IMG/VR virus record: IMGVR_UViG_3300025141_013863 | Span: 1 to 64,000 of that record | DNA from: a virus | DNA length: 64,000 nt | Strand: one strand, 5' to 3' | In this document: positions 28,133 through 37,500 of the stretch, piece after piece | Numbering within the stretch: the stretch's first letter is position 1 | Layout: each line of letters begins with the position of its first letter | Made by a program: the position numbers and the translations under genes | Notes under the pieces: model-generated | The model's input: the letters and a program-made list of their open reading frames with translations, nothing else | What the model was told of the DNA's origin: nothing | The model's database searches: none

Positions 28133-28521
28133 AACTAGTTTGGGTAAATGGGTGTTTTGATGTTTTACATCGTGGGCATCTTGAAATGTTGAAGTATGCT
28201 AAGTCTCTCGGTGATTATTTAATGGTAGGCATTGATTCTGATCAAAAAGTAAAGAAAGATAAAGGTAGTAATCGTCCGTTTAATAATGCTGAAGATCGTA
28301 AGTTTGCTTTAGAATCAATAAGATATGTTGACAAGGTGCTGGTTTTTAATTCTCGTGCAGGATTAGAACACTTAATAAAACTATTAGAACCAGATTATAT
28401 GGTTATTGGTTCGGACTGGAAAGGAAAAGAAGTTGTAGGTGAGTCATATTGCACAGAATTAAAATTTTTTGATAGAATAAGTACATACTCAACAACAAAG
28501 ATCCTGGAAAATAATAAATGA
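28129..28521 (+). CDS. heptose-1-phosphate adenylyltransferase (HldC / HldE C-domain)
   Basis: NGCFDVLHRGH, GIDSD, KG..RP, GSDW, YSTT. Confidence 0.85.
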   Translation: MKLVWVNGCFDVLHRGHLEMLKYAKSLGDYLMVGIDSDQKVKKDKGSNRPFNNAEDRKFALESIRYVDKVLVFNSRAGLEHLIKLLEPDYMVIGSDWKGKEVVGESYCTELKFFDRISTYSTTKILENNK

Positions 28522-28856
28522 CGTTTGTATTTGACATCGACGGAACAATCTGCACTACTACAGACGGTGATTATGATTATGCAGAGCCAATACGGGAACG
28601 TATAGAGCTTATAAATAATTTATATGATGAAGGCCACACAATAGTTTTTCAAACAGCCAGAGGTATGGGCAGAACAAACAACAACCAACTGGCGGCATAT
28701 GTAATGTTTTATAATTATACTGCGGAACAGCTAGAAAGTTGGGAAGTTAAATATCATGCCTTATATTTAGGCAAGCCATCTGGAGATATCTATGTTGACG
28801 ATAAAGCGATGCGAGATGTTGATTTTTTTGAACAAATGGAGAAATCTTTACAATGA
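28518..28856 (+). CDS. small HAD phosphatase (capsule-biosynthesis type)
   Basis: FDIDGTI, TARG, GKP, YVDDKA. Confidence 0.82.
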   Translation: MTFVFDIDGTICTTTDGDYDYAEPIRERIELINNLYDEGHTIVFQTARGMGRTNNNQLAAYVMFYNYTAEQLESWEVKYHALYLGKPSGDIYVDDKAMRDVDFFEQMEKSLQ

Positions 28857-29218
28857 GCAAAAAGAAGCCACTATCAATGAAGCACGTCCCTAAAGGCTGG
28901 GGCTGGGAACGATGGATTGTAAATTGTCCAGAATATTGCGGCAAGCTTTTGTTTTTTAATAAAGGGAAGCGATGTTCGTGGCATTATCACAAGATTAAAG
29001 ATGAAGTATTTTACCTACAGTCTGGTAAAATGATGGTTTACTATTCTATGAACGATGATATAAGAGAAGCAAGTCAAATAATACTTAATCCTGGTGAAAA
29101 ATTTCATGTAGCAACTGGCTTGCGACATCAAATGGTTGCACTGGAAGATAGCGAATTATTTGAATTTTCTACAGAACACTTCGACAGTGATAGCCACAGG
29201 ATCATTAAAGGAGATTAA
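28853..29218 (+). CDS. cupin sugar isomerase-like protein
   Basis: KGWG.E, SWHYHKIKDE, H and EFST cupin residues. Confidence 0.8.
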   Translation: MSKKKPLSMKHVPKGWGWERWIVNCPEYCGKLLFFNKGKRCSWHYHKIKDEVFYLQSGKMMVYYSMNDDIREASQIILNPGEKFHVATGLRHQMVALEDSELFEFSTEHFDSDSHRIIKGD

Positions 29219-30178
29219 ATGAAATTAGTTGTTATAACTGGATGTTTAGGACTAATTGGTATGCATGTTACAAGGCACTGTCTTGAAAAAGGATGGAAAG
29301 TGCTGGGCATTGATAAGATTACGTATGCATCTAATCCTAAAGTTTTAGGCCAGTTTTCATATTATGAAAATTTTGATTTTAGAAAAGAAGACATATGTGA
29401 GCTGAAACAAATGCCAGATTGTGATTACGTGATCAACATAGCGGCCGAATCTCATGTTGGAAACAGTATTGTTGATAGTGAAAGCTTTATTCAATCTAAT
29501 ATCTTTGGCGTTAAACATCTTTTAGACTTAATTAAAAATAAGCAAGACAATGTTAGTGATCGTCCTGTGTTTTTTCATTTTAGTACAGATGAAGTATACG
29601 GTGATATTACCAAAGGGGAGCACACCGAATTTGATATTCTTAAGCCAAGCAATCCATATTCTGCATCAAAAGCTGCAGCAGATATGTTAGTTCTTGCGTG
29701 GGCAAGAACTTATGGAATTAAATATTTAATCTTGCGCCCCACAAACAATTATGGGATAGGACAGTATCCTGAAAAACTAATACCGCTAGCTGTCAAAAAT
29801 CTTATGAGAAATAAAAAAATTAAACTTCACGACAAAGGAGAACCAATTAGAAACTGGCTACATGCTGAAGACACAGCTTCTGCGGTCACTACTTTAATTG
29901 AATCGGGAGTTGTAAACGAAATTTACAATGTAGCTGGCGGGTTTGAACAAAAGAATATAGAAACTATTATTAAAATTTTAGAATCTTATTTTGATGAAAT
30001 AAGAGAAGAGGGTGATTGGAGTGAATATCTTGATCTTTCATATGATAGAGAAGGCCAGGATGTTCGTTATGCTCTTAATGACCAGAAACTTCGTGCGCTT
30101 GGTTGGCGCCCCGAAAAACAATTTGATCGAGAGATTAAAAATATAGTTAATTTTTATAAAGATAATTTTAAATGGTAA
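29219..30178 (+). CDS. rfbB: dTDP-glucose 4,6-dehydratase
   Basis: AAESHV, STDEVYG, PSNPYSASKA, NNYG..QYPEKLIP, R.GQDVRY. Confidence 0.88.
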   Translation: MKLVVITGCLGLIGMHVTRHCLEKGWKVLGIDKITYASNPKVLGQFSYYENFDFRKEDICELKQMPDCDYVINIAAESHVGNSIVDSESFIQSNIFGVKHLLDLIKNKQDNVSDRPVFFHFSTDEVYGDITKGEHTEFDILKPSNPYSASKAAADMLVLAWARTYGIKYLILRPTNNYGIGQYPEKLIPLAVKNLMRNKKIKLHDKGEPIRNWLHAEDTASAVTTLIESGVVNEIYNVAGGFEQKNIETIIKILESYFDEIREEGDWSEYLDLSYDREGQDVRYALNDQKLRALGWRPEKQFDREIKNIVNFYKDNFKW

Positions 30179-30187
30179 GGAGAAAAA

Positions 30188-30403
30188 ATGCAATTATCAA
30201 ATCAAGCACTAGGTGCCATCATGATGGCGCTACAAGAGTCGCTTTTAAATCAATTGGATATTGTTCCAATTCTTAAGGGCTTTGAGCTTACTGAGTCAGA
30301 GTCTGGCCTTGTAGTTACAAACCCACCAACAGTAAGGTTTACTGACAACAGTGAAATTACCGAGCAAGACTTGGTTAGTTTGGCGGCCCCCAAGGATGCC
30401 TAG
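30188..30403 (+). CDS. hypothetical protein
   Basis: AAGGAG RBS; 71 aa. Confidence 0.65.
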   Translation: MQLSNQALGAIMMALQESLLNQLDIVPILKGFELTESESGLVVTNPPTVRFTDNSEITEQDLVSLAAPKDA

Positions 30404-30662
30404 ATATAGGTATATGTGCGAAGAGTGCACGCTGACCTTTACAGTATTACACGGAATCAACGAAGTGTTGGTAAAATGTCAAGAATGTGGCGCTTCGCAA
30501 AGTATGCGAAAGCTTTTGTCAACGCCTATATTGATAAAAGATGATATCGTAATTAAAGAAAACAAAATAGGCGAACTAACGAAAGAATATATTGAAGCAA
30601 ATCGTAAGATTTTAGAAAAGCAAAAAAAAGAAGCAAAAAGTAAAGATTATGAGCCGACTTGA
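30396..30662 (+). CDS. FmdB-type zinc-ribbon protein
   Basis: MPRYRYMCEEC...CQECG; start moved to ATG 30396. Confidence 0.75.
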   Translation: MPRYRYMCEECTLTFTVLHGINEVLVKCQECGASQSMRKLLSTPILIKDDIVIKENKIGELTKEYIEANRKILEKQKKEAKSKDYEPT

Positions 30663-30987
30663 AATAATTTTATCTGCCATATCGACATTATCCTTGATTA
30701 TTAATGTTGGCTTGTTCGTGTACGCGCGTTATGCTATCGTACAGCTAATATCAGTTTCAGAAGAATTAGGAGATTTACAACAAATGGTAGATTCATTTAC
30801 AGAACACTTAAAGTCGATCTCTGAGCTTGAGATGTTTTATGGCGATGAAACAGTTAAAGGATTGTTAGAACACTCTCTTTCTTTTGGTGAACAGTTGACT
30901 ACGTTTGAATATATCTATTCATTAACAGAAGAAGGAACTACTCTAATAGATGACGACACAGAAGAAGCAGACCCGCAAGAAACGTAA
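30649..30987 (+). CDS. hypothetical membrane-anchored protein
   Basis: N-terminal TM helix, acidic tail. Confidence 0.65.
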   Translation: MSRLEIILSAISTLSLIINVGLFVYARYAIVQLISVSEELGDLQQMVDSFTEHLKSISELEMFYGDETVKGLLEHSLSFGEQLTTFEYIYSLTEEGTTLIDDDTEEADPQET

Positions 30988-31651
30988 AAATCATTATTTT
31001 ACAAAAGACCATGAGAACGCTATAATTCAATATAGCAACACCGATTGCATTAGAGAAAGAACAGAACTATATGTAAAATGGATCCAGCCAGCATTTAATG
31101 AAATGGTTGATAAGATTGTATTTACTTATAAATTTACAAATTTACCAAATTGTGATGTTTTACGAGATGAATGTAAGATTTGGTTGATGACAATTCTTGA
31201 TAAATATGATCCATCAAAAGGCTCCAAGGCCTTTTCTTATTTTTCAGTTATAACAAAAAACTGGTTTATTCATAAAGTCAAAAGGCAGCAAAAAAGAAAT
31301 AAACGAGAAGTTGATTATGATAATATTTCTAAAAGATTCGAGGAAGAGTTTTTATCAACAAGTGAATCATACCTTTCTAACAGAGAAGAGAACGAATTTT
31401 GGAATTCTTTTTATGGGGAGCTAAAATCTTGGGATGCTTCAACGATGAAAGAAAATGATTTAAAAGTGTATAAGGCAATTAATATTCTTTTTGAATCAAA
31501 AGATGACATCGATATTTTTAATAAAAAAGCTATTTACTTATACCTTCGCGAAATTACTGGCTTGAACACAAAACAGATTGTTAATTCATTAAAGAAATTT
31601 CGTAGAAAATATTATATTTTTAAACAAGATTGGGAAAATGGAGAGCTATGA
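30950..31651 (+). CDS. phage sigma factor (T4 gp55-like, region 2)
   Basis: NHYF, KYDPSKGSKAFSYFSVITKNWF resembles sigma region 2 of gp55-like proteins; C-terminal HTH-like REITGLNTKQI. Confidence 0.7.
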   Translation: MTTQKKQTRKKRKNHYFTKDHENAIIQYSNTDCIRERTELYVKWIQPAFNEMVDKIVFTYKFTNLPNCDVLRDECKIWLMTILDKYDPSKGSKAFSYFSVITKNWFIHKVKRQQKRNKREVDYDNISKRFEEEFLSTSESYLSNREENEFWNSFYGELKSWDASTMKENDLKVYKAINILFESKDDIDIFNKKAIYLYLREITGLNTKQIVNSLKKFRRKYYIFKQDWENGEL

Positions 31652-31938
31652 ACAATAATGATTTAGAATCTCTGATTGACGAGGCGCTAGATAATATTCG
31701 TAACGACAGAAAAGCAGCTAGAGAGTTTCTTAATGAGGTTGCAAATCAAATTGCAAATGATGCAGAACAAAATAAATATCTTAGCCCCGTAGCGGCCAAA
31801 CACATTGAAACCCTTCAGAGATCTAATGAACAATTAGTAAAGCTTATCGGCCTTCGACAAAAGGGCCGACCCCATTCGGTCTCTCTTTCTGACGAAGACA
31901 AGGATAGTATATTTGATATGATCCAGGGAGAGAACTAA
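31648..31938 (+). CDS. helical hypothetical protein
   Basis: ATGA overlap with sigma gene; TAATG overlap with next gene. Confidence 0.65.
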   Translation: MNNNDLESLIDEALDNIRNDRKAAREFLNEVANQIANDAEQNKYLSPVAAKHIETLQRSNEQLVKLIGLRQKGRPHSVSLSDEDKDSIFDMIQGEN

Positions 31939-33164
31939 TGTCTAAAGATTTTGTAGATCCGACCTTGTTATCTGATCCAATAGGCGCCCTGGATATGTAT
32001 GGTAATTCTCTTAGACAAGCTATACGTTTTGATGTCTATGAAGGTAAAACTGTTTTTGAGGCAATCGTTTTGTCAAAGCCAATTTTCCTTGCTGACGCCC
32101 AATTGGGCTCGGAAGCCTCCACTTTTAGCCAAGCATCTGTAGCTGAAGGAAGATTACAAAAATTTTCTTTCAAAGGAAGAATAGTTGATTCCCCTTCGCC
32201 TCACGATTTTTTGCCAGATCCATGTGATTTAAACGATGCTAGCGATGATAAAATTAAAAAGAAGGTCATAAGGAGAACAAACCTTCATACAACATTTATA
32301 TCTTCTGATGATTATACGAGAACAAACTCAACTTTGCCTAATATTGGCGATAAGGTTCGCGTAGAGCTAACTAAAAATGTACACTCTTATAATTTACAAT
32401 ATGGCAAATTCCTTGGGATTGTAAGTAACTTGGTGGGCCCCGATGTTCCCAAAACCGAGCAATGTATATCAGCCAGAGTTGCTTTCGGCACTGGCACTGC
32501 CGCCGGCGTTGCCACCGCTACCGGCGGCAATATGCCCGAGACTGGTTGGAAAATTACTGGAGATGCTCCTTGCACCGGTGAAACTGTAGTTTCTCCATTA
32601 CCCCCCGGCGGTCGAAATAACGGCAGTTTTGCGTCTAGCCGGAAAGGATCCATTCATGGTGCTGCAGACTTTTCCGGCAAGATAGGTACCCCAATATTCG
32701 CCATAGCTGACGGGACGATCTCGGTGGCCTACGCCGGCGAACGAGGCGCACCATGTCCCGATGCCGGCAAGCCCACGTGCGGGCCCAATAAATGCGGAAA
32801 CATGGTCTGGCCATGCCATTGCGGCGGTTGTATGGGAAATTATATAATGATTACACACACTGGGACAGATGAGGGACGAAAAATTGTTTCTTATTATGCA
32901 CATTTAAGCAGCTATACTGTCGCCAAAGGAGCCACGGTGACAGCCGGGCAACAAATTGGCACTATGGGAACTACAGGCAATAGTAGCGGCCCGCATCTTC
33001 ATTTAGAGGTCCGCATCAAGGGTTCCCCAATCGGTCATGGCTCGAAAGGAAAAGTTGATCCTATAGCCTATATGAGCAAGAATGCAGGGGGCAAGTGTGG
33101 CGCCGCCGCGCCAGCCGCTGCACCGGCGCCGGCGGCCGGCGCCGCCGCATCCACTGGCACGTAA
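31938..33164 (+). CDS. tail-associated M23 peptidoglycan peptidase with N-terminal (possibly gp5 OB-like) domain
   Basis: HGAAD (HxxxD), GTPIFAIADG, YAHL, GTTGNSSGPHLHLEV. Confidence 0.85.
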   Translation: MSKDFVDPTLLSDPIGALDMYGNSLRQAIRFDVYEGKTVFEAIVLSKPIFLADAQLGSEASTFSQASVAEGRLQKFSFKGRIVDSPSPHDFLPDPCDLNDASDDKIKKKVIRRTNLHTTFISSDDYTRTNSTLPNIGDKVRVELTKNVHSYNLQYGKFLGIVSNLVGPDVPKTEQCISARVAFGTGTAAGVATATGGNMPETGWKITGDAPCTGETVVSPLPPGGRNNGSFASSRKGSIHGAADFSGKIGTPIFAIADGTISVAYAGERGAPCPDAGKPTCGPNKCGNMVWPCHCGGCMGNYIMITHTGTDEGRKIVSYYAHLSSYTVAKGATVTAGQQIGTMGTTGNSSGPHLHLEVRIKGSPIGHGSKGKVDPIAYMSKNAGGKCGAAAPAAAPAPAAGAAASTGT

Positions 33165-33390
33165 AGGAAATATAATGGGAAAAGATTTTTTAGATCCAGG
33201 TCTGTTTTCGGATGCAATATCTGCAATAGATCTGCACAACAACATGGTTAGACAGCGCTTACGCGGTTTTGATGCTTTTGGAGGGAGAACCGTTTTTGAG
33301 GCAATCGTTTTATCAAAACCTATTTTCCTTGCTGATGCACAGACAGGCGCCGAATCCTCCACCTTTAGCCAAGCATCTGTAGAAGAAGGA
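32051..33390 (+). repeat. diverged direct repeat: 32051-32150 vs 33291-33390
   Basis: 84/100 nt identical by manual alignment; encodes shared VFEAIVLSKPIFLADAQ..STFSQASV.EG. Confidence 0.9.
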
Positions 33391-33439
33391 AGGCTGGCTT
33401 GCAAAAGAGCCATGGCATTGGAGCTATAGCGGCGGATGA
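33175..33439 (+). pseudogene. internally deleted paralogue of 31938 gene with M15 (VanY-like) peptidase C-terminal remnant
   Basis: N-terminal 74 aa paralogous to 31938 ORF; +1 frame 33392-33439 reads GWLAKEPWHWSYSGG*, and its TGA overlaps next ATG. Confidence 0.7.
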
Positions 33440-34518
33440 GTAAAAAAATATTTAATGATGACTTTTTCGGAAAATTTCGAAGATCCGAAGATCCCAAGAT
33501 GCCCGGTGCGGATCCGGAAAAGGATGAAGATGAGGTTCCTGTAGGTGCGGAGGATCCTCCCTCCCGACCTAGGTTTTCAACTTTACATAAACAAATTCAA
33601 GATGGAAAACGCTTCTTTCAAATTCCGGATCGCGCAGGGCCCATGCAGACCGATTCCGCGGAGCCGAAAATTTCCTTTCGGCCGGCCCCTAGCCAGAGAG
33701 TTATAAGCAAAAGAAGCTCATACATAGTCTTTGGTAAAGACAGGCCTTGCCAACTGCCTTCTGGATATGGCGGAAAGGGCGCCCTAGGTGCTGATGCAAT
33801 TGATATTGTTGTTGGAAGAATGTCATCCTTGCCAAAAGTTAATACGAGAAAGCGGCCGAGAATTGTCAATAGTCATTTTGGAGCAGATGCCGCTAGAATA
33901 TATATTAGTCAATTAACAGATATTGATACAAACTTTGCCATTGCCGATGGGGTCATCGGCAACATTAAGGCCCGTTCCGGTATTGGTATAAAAGCAGACG
34001 TAGTAAGAATTGTTGGCAGAGAAGGAATCAAAATTGTCACCGGTAAAGGGGAATTCCCCGGATTTGGATCATCTGGTGAGCCAAACTCTCTTGGAGGAAA
34101 AATAATACAGCCTTCCCCCACAATTGAGCTAATAGCAGGAAATTACGACGGCCCTAGAACGGTGTTTGGAGGAATGTTTCTGCCACGAGAATCCATAAAT
34201 AGCCTACAACCAGTTGTAGCCGGCGATAATTTAAATTCTGCGTTGAAAGATTTAAATGGAATTATTGAAAAAATAATGTCCGCTATATTTAATTTAGCAG
34301 TCATTCAGTCTGCTTTTAACGCTGCAATTGGAGTAAACCTTTGGCCGGCGAATAGTCCTCATTATGGTGCCGCCGGCGGTGCGTCTGCAACACAAATAAT
34401 AGATATGGTAATTAATAATATATGGCAAACAAGAATAAATGCTAATTTATGGGAGAACAATTATTGTACTCCCTACGGATACAAATATATCTGCAGTAGA
34501 AATGTCTTTGCCACATAA
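33436..34518 (+). CDS. putative baseplate spike/hub protein (gp5 C-terminal-like)
   Basis: Beta-strand repeats DAARIYISQ, GIGIKADVVRIVGREGIKIVT; position between lysin and gp25. Confidence 0.45.
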   Translation: MSKKIFNDDFFGKFRRSEDPKMPGADPEKDEDEVPVGAEDPPSRPRFSTLHKQIQDGKRFFQIPDRAGPMQTDSAEPKISFRPAPSQRVISKRSSYIVFGKDRPCQLPSGYGGKGALGADAIDIVVGRMSSLPKVNTRKRPRIVNSHFGADAARIYISQLTDIDTNFAIADGVIGNIKARSGIGIKADVVRIVGREGIKIVTGKGEFPGFGSSGEPNSLGGKIIQPSPTIELIAGNYDGPRTVFGGMFLPRESINSLQPVVAGDNLNSALKDLNGIIEKIMSAIFNLAVIQSAFNAAIGVNLWPANSPHYGAAGGASATQIIDMVINNIWQTRINANLWENNYCTPYGYKYICSRNVFAT

Positions 34519-34529
34519 GGAATTAAAAA

Positions 34530-37500
34530 ATGGCTGAATCAAAATTTTTAAAATATCAAGATAAAAACGGCGATGGCTTAATTGATGTTTGTGAAGACAA
34601 GGTAGATGTTAAAGAACCGTTTTATTGTCCTCCTTGTATTCCAAATCCTTACGCTGCAATCCCAAATTGGAAAGAATTGGATATTGACGAACCGTTCTTT
34701 AACGAAAGGGTGTGTAAATATCAGGTTGCAGTTGTAACAAAATACACCACAACAATGTCTGATGAGAGTTTGGAAAATTCCGATATGACAGGCGAAGAAG
34801 CCATCGAAGCTACGAATGAGCGCTTCGATGAATATCTTGAAGAAGCGGTTGAATCTTTACTGGTTAATAACTCAAAAGACGATTCGGATCCTTCAAAAAG
34901 TGTTATCCGACAGACAATTGAATATACAGATTTTGACTTAGATGTGCGCCCTAATTCTCGATTAACGCTGCTTTACTCTGTTGAGCAAGAAGTATTGTCA
35001 GCCATTGCCGATGCTGATGATGAGGAAGACGATGAAGAAGACGATGAAGAAGAAGGAACAGCCACTACTGTAGAGTTCCTTGCGGACGAAATAAGACCTA
35101 AAATTACTAAAATAAGAAAAGCCTTAAGGCTTTACTCAAAATATTTAAAAGTTTTTAGAGCAGTAGAGGGCGGCAACATTCTTAGAGTAAAAGACAATAG
35201 TGTATTTAACCTAGAAAATTATGGTGACTCAGGGCGCCTTAAAAAATCTACACTGGGCTCTATTCTTATAGACTTGGATGCTTTTTTAAACAGCAAAGGC
35301 TATAATCTTGCTGGTGTAGGCGGAGGATTTCTTCAAGAAAAAGTTACAAAAATAAGCTTTAGGTTTACTTCAAAATATAAACTAAAGAAAATGAAAGTTT
35401 ATACTGCTGGCTGCGGAGATATACCCAAAATATATGGAAAGAAAAAGCTTAAAGCTTTGAATGCAAAAAGTTCCTTTAAAGATCCAACAGCGCTAGCATA
35501 TTTTGCCCAGCTAAACGAAATGGATTCCGTACTTCAAGGCCGAGAATCGCCCGAGTGGATAGACGTTATCAAAGAATATACTTATCCAGAAGTTTATGAT
35601 ACTTTTCCATCAGTGGAACAAGATCTTAGAACCGGAAGTTGTATAGCTGAACGCTTAAAAGAAGAAGGTAAACAGATTGGACAAGATTTGCTTGATGAAG
35701 CTTTTAGTATCGGAGATGCAATTCTCTATTCTTTTCGTAAAAATACATGCATAGATAGCATTGAAGATTTAGAAGAAGAAGATCGACAGCTTGGATTAAC
35801 TTATAATCCAAAAGCTACGAGTACTCCCACAACCATCAAAGGTATGGCTGCCGAACAAGCACTTAAATCAATTGAGGAAGATGATATATCTTTTAATTCT
35901 TTATGCATACAATTCCTTGCATCCTATGGAGACTCTAAGCCGGGCGGCATGTCGCTGGAGGACTTATATAAGGGAAGTCTGGATAAAATAAAGGTTTGTG
36001 GATTATTTGAGCTGTCGCTTGAAGCCATAGGCTGCTTGCTTAAAGGTTTAACCCTGGAAGAGGCCGCGGGTCGTATGATTAAGTCTGCAATAAAAGGAAT
36101 GTCTCTTGAGAATTTAGGAGATTTTTTCTTAGTAGCGCTTCCGCCACAGAAAGCAAAAGAGATTCAAGATTTAGTGCAGACTAAAATAGATGGTGGAAAT
36201 GTTTTCCCAGACAAATCAAGATCTCAAGAAATTTCAAATGCTATAGCAACTGGAGCCACCGTAGGTGAGCCGTGGACTGATAGCGGAAAAGTACAAGAAG
36301 AAAAAGAATCCATGGTAGAAGGAAATCAAGAATCCATGGTTCCTTCTAGAAGTAGCGAAGGAGTAACACAAAGCAATGCTGGGTCCGCTCCCGGTACATT
36401 GGCCACCGCTAGCGCTTTCAAGGCGCTCAGTGATTCTGTAATTATCGAGGCATACGCCGACGCCCTTATAGAGGTTTATGCAGGCGATATTTTATCTCCA
36501 ATTGAGTTACTAAATAAATATCCAGGCGCCCAGATAATTGCTACTGCTTTGGCTATGTTTGACTGTCCGGAGGCGCCTGAAGATCCCCCAGTTCCGTCTT
36601 TTATGAAGACGGGCGAGTTCCCGTTTTGTAATACTCCGTGGGCAATTTCAATACCGAAATTTGAGAACCCATTTCAGTGGATCCCTGAAATTAAAGATTT
36701 TACAGCTGTTATTTTTAAAATACTCAAATTACAAATTAAACAAATGATTGTAAGATTAATTGTTCAAATGATGCAGAAGATTTGTGCTCTAATAAGCAGC
36801 GCCGCTTGTAAGGGCCTAGGCGCCATCGGTGGAGCGATTACTGGAGAAGGAGAAACTAATGGCCCCGGCGCATTTAGAGACGCAATAAAAGGTGCAATTT
36901 GTGGTGATGATGCCGACGATGAACAAGTAGATAATACGATCGCAGACTTATTTAAGAGTTTGGGTCTTGGTGCTGCAGCTTTAGCAAACCAAGAACGTGT
37001 AGATTCGTTTATGTCTGATTTGTCATCTTCGGTGACAAATAAAGAGCTTATGTCTGCATTCGTAGGCGATCCTTCGTCCGAACTACTGCAAATCGTTGAT
37101 AGGCTGATAGAATACGAGTATACCGAATTCAGAGAAGGGCTGCCTAATCAGAATTCTGCAGCAGATTTTTTTGCAAACGTAGGGAACTTATTTCCAGCAG
37201 ATCTTAAAGATGCCATCAGAGATCAATTAGATGCTCCCGGCGATGAAGATGTGCTACCTGCTAATCCGTCGTTGTGTGCTACCCCCGAACAGATAGAAGA
37301 TTTTTGCGAAAGACGCCAAGCACTCCTTGCCGGTCGCGCTACCCCATCACAGATTGCACAGATGTGTGAGAATACCAGAGATCAAGCAAAGAACGATCTT
37401 GAAGATTTAGGTGATTTATTGCAAGGTGGTTTGCCACAATATCTTGCAAACAATATGCCACCTTTGGTCTCGGATCCTGGTTGTGATAATGGTCTAATCC

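Noticed and set aside
6854-30178. Bacterial chromosomal O-antigen/capsule locus, or DNA hypermodification cluster
   Set aside because: Context is phage (gp25, gp6, gp55-like sigma) with no wzx/wzy/wzm. No dNMP hydroxymethylase or base-modification gene is seen in the window, though DNA glycosylation cannot be fully excluded
33082-33174. N-terminal extension MQGASVAPPRQ... and GC-rich stretch as a separate element
   Set aside because: It is the alternative frame of the Ala/Pro-rich tail of the M23 gene; paralogy shows the real start is ATG 33175
32051-33390. Diversity-generating retroelement TR/VR pair
   Set aside because: Mismatches are not adenine-specific and many are at third codon positions; no reverse transcriptase; better explained as gene duplication
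35014-35056. GAAGACGATGAA short tandem repeat
   Set aside because: Simply encodes an acidic D/E tract within the 2209-aa protein
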